Positions 14,643-26,000 of a stretch of 64,000 nt of DNA are shown one piece after another. The stretch's first letter is position 1. Every line of letters starts with the position of its first letter. A model generated the notes under the pieces. That model saw only the letters and a list, made by a program, of their open reading frames with translations, was not told the origin of the DNA and searched no databases. The position numbers and the translations under genes were made by a program. This DNA comes from an uncultured Deinococcaceae bacterium. Its GTDB lineage: Bacteria > Deinococcota > Deinococci > Deinococcales > Deinococcaceae. Where the stretch lies: the NCBI GenBank assembly GCA_963760145.1, contig CAVXBW010000019.1, forward strand, positions 68,348-132,347, in the 5' to 3' direction.

Positions 14643-16890
14643 ATGAACATAAGCAAGAAAATCCTTATCCTGATGGTCGCTCTGGCGGCCGGTACCGCCG
14701 CCGCCGCTTCTGCGGGCACCACCGCCGGCACGAGTATCCAGAACATCGCCACCGTCAACTACATCGACCCCGCCACCGGCACGGCCGCCGCGCCGATCGA
14801 TTCCAACACCGTCACCACCACCGTGTTGCCGGTGGCCGGACTTTGACATCGTCTACACCGACGGCAGTCCGGACGGCAACACCGCCTCGACCCCCGCCAT
14901 GAGCGCCGATAAGACAAGGCGTGTTGCCCGGCGGCGAGGTCAGACGGCCATACACGGTGGTCAACAACGGCAACATCGACAACTACGTGATCGACCTGAA
15001 TCTACGCCGCCGGCATACCACCGCCTGCCGAGCATGGCCCTGCCGCGGCGCCGGACGTGCAGTACTTCCTGGCCAGCGACACCCCACCTTCTCGCGCCGA
15101 TCACCAGCGTCACCGTGCCGGCCAGCGGCAAGGTCAATTTCATTCAGCGCCTCACCGTCCCCAGTAACGCCGTCGCCAAAGCGCGCAGTACTCGGCCAGC
15201 CCCCACGGCAGTGTCCGCCGGCGGCAGCAACAACGGCAGTCCCTACGGGGCGGTGGATGAAGCCACCAACGTAACACCCGCCCACCCCGGCGGCCAACAA
15301 CGACCTTCAATTCACCCGCGCCACCATCTACAGTCCCCCGGTGCTGACCCCGCCGCTGACCGGAACAACACCCCCAATGCCGCCCAGCCCGACGGTGATC
15401 CCGCCGACCACCCGGCACCAATCCCGGCACGCCGAGCAATCCGGTGTCCCCGCCCACCACGCCGGGTGATCCCACCGACCCCAGCGGCCCCGGCTATTCC
15501 GATCCGGCCACGCCCAGCACCGCCATTCAGGTCTCCGGCAACATCCAGATCGCTTATCCGATTGCCAACCAAACCTCCGGTGACCTTCAACAACAACGTC
15601 CGCACGGCCGTCGCACTCCCCGACACCGTCAGCTGTTCCCCACCGACGCCAGCGGCGCACCCATCGGCACCAACAACGGCAACGGCACCTTCAACGTCCC
15701 GGCGATTGGACGCAACCCGGCTTACAGGTGCGCTTCACCAAGCTGACGCGTGCCGCTGCCGACGGCCACCACGCACTGACAGCAAGGTCTATCCGGTTGT
15801 CAGTTCCCGGCGGGCGGCGGACGCCGCGTACCACACCAAGATCGAACCCCAACCCGCAAACCATCGCCGATCCGCGTGGCGAATGTCGGTGACGGTAGGT
15901 GTCAGTCCAGCAACGATTCGGACATCACCGCCAACGGCACGACCACCGACACGGTCATGCCCGCCGCGGCCAGCTTCGGCGACGTCCCCGCCAGCGGCCC
16001 GGCCCCGAACCGCAGCTTGATCGGACCCGAACAACGCCGCGCAGAACGTGGTGCCCGGCGCGGCGGCCGCCAGCGGCGCACCCTCGACGACCACCGCGAC
16101 GGACAGCACGGCGGTGTTCCCGATGCTGGTCAACAACACCGGCAAGTACAACGACACCTATACCCTCAGCGGCACGGCACCGGTCAAGAATACCGAGCGG
16201 CACCACCACCACCGTCAACGTCCGGTATGTGGACGCCTCGGGCGCGGCCCTGCCGAGCGGCGCGGTCGCCAATACCTTCGTCACGCCCTTGGTGGCCGCG
16301 GGCAGCAGCCTGACCGTCTACGCCGTCGTGGATGTCCCCGCCACCGCCAAAGCCACCACCGGCAGCAACCCCGCCAGCAGCAACCCGAATCCGGTCTTGA
16401 CCCAGAACGCCACGGGCAATTACAGCACCATCGCCCTGACCGACCTCAACGACCAATTCAGATCGGCGCCATCGGCAGCATCACCGCCGTCAAAACCCAG
16501 AGTGCCAACGGTGCGCCGTACAGCGGCGGCGCCCAGTCCGCCAAGCCGGGCCAGACGCTGAACTACCGCATCATCGTCACCAACAAGTACAACGGCCCGG
16601 TGGCCGGCGTCCAGTTGAAAGAAAAACCCAGCAACACCGCCTTCACCTTCACCAACTTCGTCTCGGCCACCACGACCGCTTCGAGCGGATTTGTCGGCAA
16701 GCAGGAGGTGTACTACAGCACCGACAACGGCGCGACCTTCACCACCACCGCACCCGCTGCCGGAACCAACCTGAGCGTCGCCGGGTTGATCGTCGCCGTG
16801 GACACCAATGCGACCACCGGCATCGATGCCGGTGACCTGATGCCCGAAAACGCGACCATCACCCTCGACCTCAACACGACCGTCAAGTAA
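14643..16890 (+). CDS. secreted DUF11-family protein, putative major fibre subunit; many indels
   Basis: AAGGAG RBS; signal peptide, then [17 protein letters not shown]...SNTVTTTV; Thr/Asn-rich Ig-like repeats; C-terminal AVKT...[13 protein letters not shown]...[10 protein letters not shown]. Confidence 0.8.
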
Positions 16891-16898
16891 GCCGCCGT

Positions 16899-16930
16899 TC
16901 TGGTGCGTCCCAGTACTGGGACGCACCAGA
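16899..16930. terminator. perfect 32-bp palindromic stem-loop after the putative major subunit gene
   Basis: TCTGGTGCGTCCCAGT|ACTGGGACGCACCAGA. Confidence 0.65.
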
Positions 16931-17100
16931 TTGCTGGAACACCGGACGTCTGGATCATCCCTTTTTGCTGCGTTTCCCCAACACAAGAGCGTTCCCGTTT
17001 CAAGACCCCTTTTGCCCCACCCCATTGTTTGCGTCGTTCCTTTCTGCACGTTCGCCAATCCGGTGATGAGTCTCGAAGCATCCATCCTGAAGGAGATACT

Positions 17101-19822
17101 GTGAATGCTCTTTCCGCATCTTTCCATGCTGTCGTTTCTGAGTTTCTGAGCCTGGCCCAGGCGGCGGCACTGCCGTCCGGAACCACGATCGACAACCAGG
17201 CGGCCGAAGCCCGAGCGTTCGCCGTGAGGCGCCCGTGATACGGTGTCGAACGTAGTGAGACCACGGTGGCGGCCGTCTGCGCCGTCAGCGTCACGCCGGA
17301 CGGCACGTCCAGCAGCCCGGTCAGCAGCGCAGCGTGTTGCCCGGCGAGGCCGCGGTGTTTTCTACCGGATGCTCAACACCGGCAACGTGGCCGCCACCAT
17401 GCCCCTGTCCGGTCCTGGTGTCTGCCGAGTCGGCCTTCACGCCGAAACTCGCGCTGTATCTCGACAGCAACGGCAATGGACAGCTGGAAGACGTGAGCGA
17501 AAAGCCGTCTCGCAGCGTGGCTTTGCCCCCAGACGCCTCAGCGAACTTGCTGCTGCTCGCTCAGAGCGAAGAGCAGCACCTCGGCGACGCGTTCGTGAAT
17601 GTCTCGGCCAGTTGCGCAGGGCAAGCACGCCGACGACGAACAACGTGGCGCTGCTGCGCCTGGGAGCGCCGCCCGCCCTGACACTCACGAAGACGTTCAG
17701 TCCCAGCATCGTCAAACCCGGCGACCAAACCACCGTGACCCTGACCGCTATCAATGCCGGTCAGGGCGCCTCGCGTGAAGTTGCGCTCTCGGATGATCTC
17801 AGTGCGCTCGCTGCCCAGGGCCTGAGCTTGGTGAGCGGTAGCGCAGTGCCAGCGGCGGCACGCTGGAGTACGGCCTCGGCGCGGCCTGGCAGTCCGGCGA
17901 GTCCGGCGCGGTGCAGGGCATCCGGGTCCGGCAGGATCACTCAAGCCCGGCGGCCGCTCAGCTTGACTTTCAGGATGCTGGCCGGTCCCCAGACCGAGAA
18001 CAAGACGTTCGTGAACACGGCGCCGTGGCCAGCACCGGCAAACAGAGCGTGCAGGCGCAGGCGTCGCTGATCTCGCAGTACTCGCCGCAGGTGGCGCTGG
18101 GCCCCATTGGTCATCCGGAGGCGGCCGGAGGGCAGCGACGCCGACGTGCAGCAAAAAACCTTCGCGCTGGTCGGCAAGGAACTCTGCTTTGATCAGACGC
18201 TCAAGAACACCGGCGACGTGCGAGACAGCTATGCCCTGAGGGCGAGTCACAAGGAAAACGCCGCAAGTCCGGTGTTCCAGACGCTGGAAGGTCAGCTGCT
18301 GACCATGCCACTGACGCTGGCCCGCGGCGCCAGCCGGACTTCAAGGTCTGCTTGACGCCGCAGGTCCCCGGGCCGCTGACGTGAGCTGATCGCCAGGGGC
18401 CAGCGCTGCACCCAGAACGCCACCAGGACCGCGTGACGGCGGTGCAGGCGGGCTTACCGGAGCCTCAAAATCGGTTTCGCCCAGCGGCATGGTGCCGGCC
18501 GGCACCATCCTGACCTACACCCTGACGGTCGCAATGTCTACAACGTTGCCCTGCACGATCTGGTCGTCCGCGACGCCCTCGGACAGCGCCCTGGAATTCG
18601 TCAGCGCCTCAGACGGCGGCGTACTGGAAGCGGGCGCGGTCGCGGTGTGGACTTTGCCGACCTGGCGCCCGGCGAGAGCCGCACCCTCACCATCAGGGCC
18701 ACGGTGGGCCGGAGACTGCCGACGGCACCAACCTCACCAACACCTTCAACTACCAGTGGCGAGTTGCCGGAGCCGCTGCCGAGCAACGAAACCTCGAACC
18801 TGATGTGGACGGCCCAGCTGGTGATCGAAAAGAGCGGTCGAACAAAGCCGAACGTGACCTACGGTGACCGGCTGACCTACACCCTGACGCTGCGAAATCT
18901 CTCGGCGCAAGGCCCCGCTGGAGGGCGCCTGGTCACCGACACCCGGCCGCGGGCCTCGACTACGTGCCGGGCAGCGCGGCCCTGGCCGGTCAGCCGCTGG
19001 CCGATCCGCAGCAAATGGCCGGCCACCTGATCTGGTCCATTGGGACCTTGCCGCCCGGCGGCAATCTGGTCATGACCTACCAGATGCGGGTGAATGCCCA
19101 GGCGGGCGGAGAACTGCTCAACACCGTCGTGGTCTCGGGCAGGGCGGTGGCCGGAAATTCACGGCGGCGATCACCAGCAACGAGGCCAGCGCAAAGTCAA
19201 GCTCAAACTGCTGATCTTCGCGCCGCTGAGCGACATCGTCGGACGGTCTACATCGACCCAACCGCAACGGCCGCTCCAGCCGCAGACCGATCAGCCCATG
19301 GAGCGCGCGCGTATCCTGCTGGCCGGCGGCCGTGAAGTCCTGACCGACGCGGCGGGGCGCTACCACTTCAAAGACGTGCCGCAGGGTGTGCAGGCGCTGC
19401 GGCTCGATCCCGGAGCGTGCCTCGGTGGCCCTCTCAGGTGCCGATGGACGGCGGACTGAGCGGGCACCCGGACGGTCAATGTCGCGGGGCTGAGCGGCCG
19501 TGGATTTCCCGCTCTCGCCGCTGGTCGGCGACTATTGACGCGCCTTGCGGGACGTCGGTTGACGCCGGGCCGCTTGAAGCTGGAGAAGACTCTGGCGTTG
19601 ACGGTGAGCGGTACACTGGTCACGCTGCAGTCTGAGCAGTCTGCAGTGCCCTGCCGGACTTCGAGCTTGACGACCCGCTGCCCGCGGCGCGGTCCTGAAA
19701 GAAGGAAGCAATACGCTCGGCACTAGCTTGGCGTCAGGAGACACCACCTTGACATACCTTTCGACTGGTCAGGCGAGCGCCGCGCTGCGGTAACCGAACC
19801 CACCGTGCGCTGGAGCGAGTGA
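17101..19822 (+). CDS. secreted multi-DUF11 protein with SdrD B-like domain (putative base/anchor subunit); many indels
   Basis: [21 protein letters not shown]...VSNVVxTTV N-terminus; LTLTKTF...[21 protein letters not shown] and LVIEKS...[12 protein letters not shown] repeats; [12 protein letters not shown]. Confidence 0.75.
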
Positions 19823-22800
19823 TGAACCGAATGTCATGTTTTTCTCACCGCGCTCTTGCTGCTCGGCAGCTGCCCAGGCCCAGGAACTGGGATTGCCGAG
19901 TCGCGGGCCGCCGTCGATGTTGAAAATCGGCCGGCGTGCTGCCCACCAACGCCCCGGAGATCACGCGGGAGAGCACCATCAATCTGCCGTTCGAAGCGCC
20001 GACGAAGCGCGGGAACTCGTCATCGCGCAGACCTGCCACTTGGCGCGACTACCGGCTCGGAAGCGCCCGGCTTGGCGGCAGGGCCATTGCCGACCCGGTG
20101 CTGGGCAGCAGGGCCGGCTGTACTGGGTGGTGCCTGCCCAACAAACCGGAAAGCTGAGCTACCGGTGACGTACAGCGGCAACTCGGTGATCTGGCGGCCG
20201 AGGCGGCCTTGCCCACCAGGGACGCGCAGGCCGCAGCGAACGTGCTGCACGGCACACTTTGATCCGGCGGATCCCTGGCCGCCGCTCACAACATCGTGAG
20301 CCAGGCCGCCAGCCGAAAACGCGGGCACATCAAATGGCCACTTGACGGCACGGTGTACCGCATTCGTGACCGCATCACGGTGACGGTGGAAGGGCCGCTG
20401 GACCGCCGCTGAGCCCCACCATCAACGGCCAGGGCTGCTCGACACCGCCAAAATCGGCAGCCGCACCGACGGACCCGGCGCGCAACATGCAGCGCCTGGA
20501 ATTTATCGGCACGCCGCTGAAACCTGGACCCAACATCATCCAGCTGGGGAGCGACGATCACCGTGTCGCTGCGCCTCGGTGACCAAGCGGGTCGACGTGA
20601 CGCCGCTGCGAAGTGGTGGCGGACGGCAACAGTCTGATCCGCTGCGAGCTGCGGGCCTACGACGCCTTCGGCATGCTGTCTTCGGTGTCCGAGCGTGACC
20701 GTGAGAAGCAATCTGGAACCCAAAACCCCGACGCTGATCCGTCGAAGGCGGGATACCAGGTTCAGATGAAGACGGCGAAGGCGTACTCGTCGCTGCAACC
20801 GCAATCGTCACCGACGACGCTGAACCGTCGCTGCTGGTGAACGGCAAGAGCAGATCAGCCGCTTTGAGATCATGCCGGCCGGCGCCGGGTCGCGGTTGGC
20901 ATGGTCAGCGCCACCCTGGGCCTGCCGGACTTTGCGGTGCAGGGCCGAGAACTTGAGCTACCAGGCACGCGCTTCGATTGAAACGCCGCTGCCGGCGGCA
21001 AGCTCTACCTGACCGCCGACAAGGACGGCCTGCCGAGTTCGGAGAGCGTGTACAGCCCGGCAGGCCAATTACGGCGACAGCAGCAGCGAGAGCATGCCGC
21101 TGCAAGGCGTCGACCCGGTGGCGTTCACGTATGATCACCCGGCATTCCGGGCCGCCTACAAACAGGGCCGCTTGCCCGGTGACGTGTTGCCCCTCGGCGA
21201 GAACTTCACCGCCCTGCGGGTCGGTAGCAAGTCAAGTGGCCCGAACCTCTCGGGCTACGTCGCGGCGGTGCCGGCAAGCCAAATCAGGCGCAGCTGACTC
21301 CCGAAGGACGCCTGCTTCACCTTCAACAGGGCATGGCGCCGGACAGCGAAAGCCTGACGGTCGTGGTCCTCGAGCGAGTCGGGCCGGCAAGGAACTGTCG
21401 CGGACCCGCTGACCCGGCTGGCGGATTACACCCTCGGACATGACAGCGGCGTGATGACGCTTCAATCAAGCCCGCTCGACCGCTCGACGCCGAGCTCAAC
21501 GATGTCCGGGTGGACGTGAGTTACCGGCTGAACAACCCGCTGGGCCAGCGCGAACTCAGTTACGGCGCGCAGATGTGGCAGCAGCAGCAGCGCACGGCCG
21601 GGCCGGCGTTGGTTCACTGTGACGGACGTGACCACCTACGGCGTGAGGGCAACGTACGCCGACGACGCAACACCCGCGCCAGTGCGTTGGCCGCTTATCC
21701 GAGGGGCTGCAGCTCAGCGGCAACTTCGAGCGCCGTTTCTCGGCCAGCAGCGTGCTCAGCGCCCAGGGGCGCTACCAATCCAAGAATTACGCGGGCCTGT
21801 CGCCGCTGGGCACGGGCCTGAACGTGGCGGCCAATTACAAAACGCGTTGTTCGGTGAGCGTCTGGTGGCCAGTATTGACGGCGAATACCACAACACCCGG
21901 CGGCCACGACCGAAGTTGCAGGGCGGCAGCCTGACCACCCGCGCCGATTACAATTTCAAGCCGTTCAGCGTCGGCGGCGGCCTCAAGTACGCTTTCGGCG
22001 ACACGTACGGTCTGGGCGCCGTCGCCAGCGTGGGCTACCACCGAGCGCCGCTGGATATTGACGTCGTACACACCCAGCCGCTGAGCGGCAACCTCGCCGC
22101 CGTGAGCGACGTGAGCGCCAAAGTCAGGGTCGCCAGCAACGTGACGCTGGGCATCAAAGACACCTACACCTGGGGGAGGCAGTCACTGGCGGCGCTGACC
22201 ACCGACACCAAGCTCGGGAACGTCAATTACGCGGTGAGCTACGAATTGCCCCACGCGGACGGGGCCGGCAACCGGGCCCGCTTCGGGGCCGACACCAGCA
22301 TTCCGCTGTCTAAAACATTCAACCTGGGTCTGCGCGGCGCAGTCGTGCGGGCTTTTGCGCCGGCAGCAATGACTCAGCGCCGGAGCAGACCTGCGTTACC
22401 AGGGCCGCAACGTTGCCGGCAGCTTCGGGAGCGACGTCGACGGAAAGGGGGTCAATTCGGCACGGTGCTGCGCGGCGGTCTGAGCGGCAGCTTGACGCCG
22501 GAGCTGAGCCTGAGCTCAGAGAGCGCTGCCGAGTTGGGCCGCAACCAGGGCCTGCGGGCCGCCCTGGGTACGCTTACCGTGGCGGGGACTTGAGCAGCCT
22601 CGGGTACCTGCGCTACGCGGCCGGCAGCCTTGCTGGCGCCGCTCCGGAAATCACGGCGGGCCTGAATGCGGAGTACCACCGGCCCAGTACGCCCTGCGGG
22701 CCGGACTCGACGCCCGCGAATTGCTGAGTGATTCGCAGAGCCTGACCTTGCAGCCGTCGCTCGGGGTCACCGCGTACATCGGTGAGCGCTTCGGCATTGG

Positions 22801-23011
22801 GCGGGTGGGGCCGGGCCATCTCGCAGCCCGGCAGCGGTACGCGGTGTACGGCTACGGCGTCGAAGGTTCGGTGCGGGCCCTGCCCGGCACCTGGTTGACC
22901 GCCGGGTATAACTTCGCCGGGTTTGACGGCATCGGGAACCAATATACCAAACCCGGATCGTATGTCCGGCTTGATGTGACGCTGGACGAAACGGTAGGGG
23001 GGGAGAAGTGA
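19822..23011 (+). CDS. large secreted outer-membrane beta-barrel protein (putative usher-like pore); many indels
   Basis: TGATG coupling to the upstream gene; signal-peptide-like start; C-terminal half of alternating amphipathic strands ([33 protein letters not shown]) ending [10 protein letters not shown]. Confidence 0.7.
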
Positions 23012-26000
23012 AGTTGAAATCCGATTCTTGGTGGTCGTGCTCTCGGTTACTGGCAGTCTTGGTGGCGCTGCTGGGGTTTGGCGGCTTGGTACGAGCAGAG
23101 AGCTTTAATCTTGAGTTTGTCAACGGTGTGGCAGTCCCTGGCGGTGGTACGTGTACCTTAACCGTCAACAGCAGATGCCGCTTCAATAACGTGGTGGTGG
23201 GGGCCGGTACAGGAAGTAGCAATACTTTCCAGCGTGACATAATTGTAACCCTGACAAAACTTGTCAATGCAACACTTGATCCTGCAGCTGTTTTTGATAA
23301 CCCCACACCAAGTTTATCTACAACGCCACCTTCAGCAGCAACGGCGACTCAACTTTTCGCTCCGACGGTTTTGCCTACACAAACAACACCTAATATCGAC
23401 GGATGGGCAGAGTTTACCTTCGATTTCATAACGCCTGGCGGCGCTGTCCCTGCAGTTGGTGCCGGCACAGCGATACTCCCTGGTTCATTCTGGGTGACCA
23501 GTTATGATACTGACGGCTCTGGAACGTTACGTGAATTTGTAGAGTTTCTGGGTATTCCTGCAACCTCCACGGGCTTGTCCGCTTCCAGTACGCTCAGCAG
23601 TAACACCGCAATTGATGGAGGCGTGCAGTATCAGTCAGGCACAGTAGGGCAAGCTGGTATTACCACCCTAGATACCTATAAGGCCTCCGCACAGTATTCG
23701 AACGTGTCGAGCTTCAAGCTCGTTTATGGTGCCCATACAGGAACTAGTGGCAGTACGGCCGGCGGCCGCTTGACCGCGTTTGATTTCTTCAAGCCTGACG
23801 CTATCTTTTTGCGCCCTGATGTAAACGGTTACAAATCCGTGAAATTCACCACCGATGCAGATAGCAGTGGTTCGCTCACACCGGGCGATACCCTGACCTA
23901 CACGGTGACGTACGTCAACACTGGCAATGTGGCTGTCAGCAATTTTCAGATCGTTGACACCTTGCCTACAGGCGTAACCACAACGGCGGGTGCGCAAACG
24001 GTTCGGGTGAATGGAGCCGTCACGCCTGGTTCGAAGAATACTGCTTATACGGGCAAAGCCGCCAATATCAATCTTCTATCGACTGGTCAAACTTTAGCTA
24101 TTGATGGAACAATAAGCGTTGATATTCCGGTCACTGTTAATTCGATTTCGATAGATAACACTGTTTTAAGCAATCAGACCAATAGTAGTGGAGGTTTTAT
24201 TGACGCTATCAATACAAGTATGACGATGACAAGTGTCAGTTCCGATAATGTGGACACCACTACAGCATTTTCTCCTAATGTTTCAGGTGCCAGTGGCTTT
24301 GGGAGTGTACCGAGCGGCAGCATTGCTCAGACCCAAACAGCAGCGGTGGACCCCACCACAGTGACGGTGCGTCTGCTTCCTTCGCCGGGTATCACCAAAG
24401 CGTTTACTCCCACCAGTATTGCGCTAAACACCATCAGCACCCTGACCTTTACCCTGACCAACAGTAGCACCGGCACTCTGACCAACCTGAACTTCACCGA
24501 CGCCCTCAGCGGCATGAGCGTGAGCAGCGCAACCATCGGCGGCACCTGTGCGGCCACGAGCAGCCCGGCCTTGGCCGTGGACGCCACGGCCCTGAACCTG
24601 ACGGTGCCGAGTCTGGCGGCGAGCGGCAGCTGCACCGTGACGGTTTCGGTCAAAGGAACCGTCATCGGCGTGAATCCCAACACCGCCAGCGGCGTCACCA
24701 GCACTCAGACGCCCACAGCCGGCAGCGCCTCCAACACCGCCAACCTAACGGTGACGCCGCTGGCGCCAGCGATCAGCAAGAGCTTTAATCCTTCAAGCGT
24801 GCTTCAGGGCGGCACCACCCAGCTCACCATCAACGTGACCAACCCCAACGGCGTGGCGGCGACAGCCCTGACCCTAACGGACGATATCGCCGCGACCACT
24901 GGCCTGACCGGGCTAAGTATCAGTAGCGTGGTCAGCGACAACTGTAAATCGGGCGGCACCGTGACGACAACCAGCGGCAAGTACACCCTGACCGGCGGTA
25001 CGTTGCCTGCGGCGGGGTGTGCGGTGGTCCTCAACCTGATGCTGCCGAGTTCGGGCACGACCGGCAGCGTCACCAACACCATTCAGGGCAGTAGCGTCAC
25101 CGGCACCATCGGCGGCCAGAGCCTTCCGACGCCGACCGACGCCTCTGCCGCGCTGAACGTTCAACCTGTCGCCGACCTCGCCGTCACCAAGACCAACGGC
25201 GTGAGCAGCGTCGCTGCCGGCAGCAACACCACCTACACCGTCCGCGTGACCAACAACGGCCCCAGCAGCGTGACCGGCGCGGTGCTGAAAGACCCGCTGG
25301 CAACCGGCCTGACCCAGACGGGAGCGGCCTGCACGTCTGCCAGCGGCAACACCTGCGCGGCTGCTCCGACCACCACTGCGCTGCAAAGTGCGGGCGTGAC
25401 GTTGCCGGCCCTGGCGAGCGGCGGGTTCTACGAGCTGACCGTAACGGCCAGCGTAACGGCGAGCAGCGGCAACGTGACCAACACCGCCACCATCGCGGTG
25501 CCCAGCGGCGTCACCGATCCGGTCAGTACCAACAACACCGCCAGCGACACCGACAGCGTGACGGGCCTGAGCTACTCGATTTCCGGCAGCGTCTTTGTGG
25601 ACACCAACTACGGCGGCGGTGCGGGCCGTCCCTACAACGCGGCGCAGGGCATGACTCTGCGTCCCGGCGTGCGGGTGGAGCTGTACAGCTTGGCCGGCAC
25701 GTTCATCAGCGCAGTGCTGACCGATGCCAGCGGCGCCTACAGCTTTGCCAACCAAAGCGCCGGCTCCTATCAGGTTCGGGCAGTCAACGCTTTCGTAACG
25801 AGCAGCCGCACCGGAGGCTGCACGCCCAGCACGGTTGTGGCGACGCCGCCCACCTGCACACAACTGCCGGTGCAGACTTATATTTACGGCGCGGCCGCGC
25901 AGGTCGGCGGAGCCAATCCTGCCGGGGCGGATCCGGCGCTGAGCAGCACCACCCTGCCCGCCGCGGCGCAGTCGGTTGCCAGCGTGACACTGAGCAGCGC

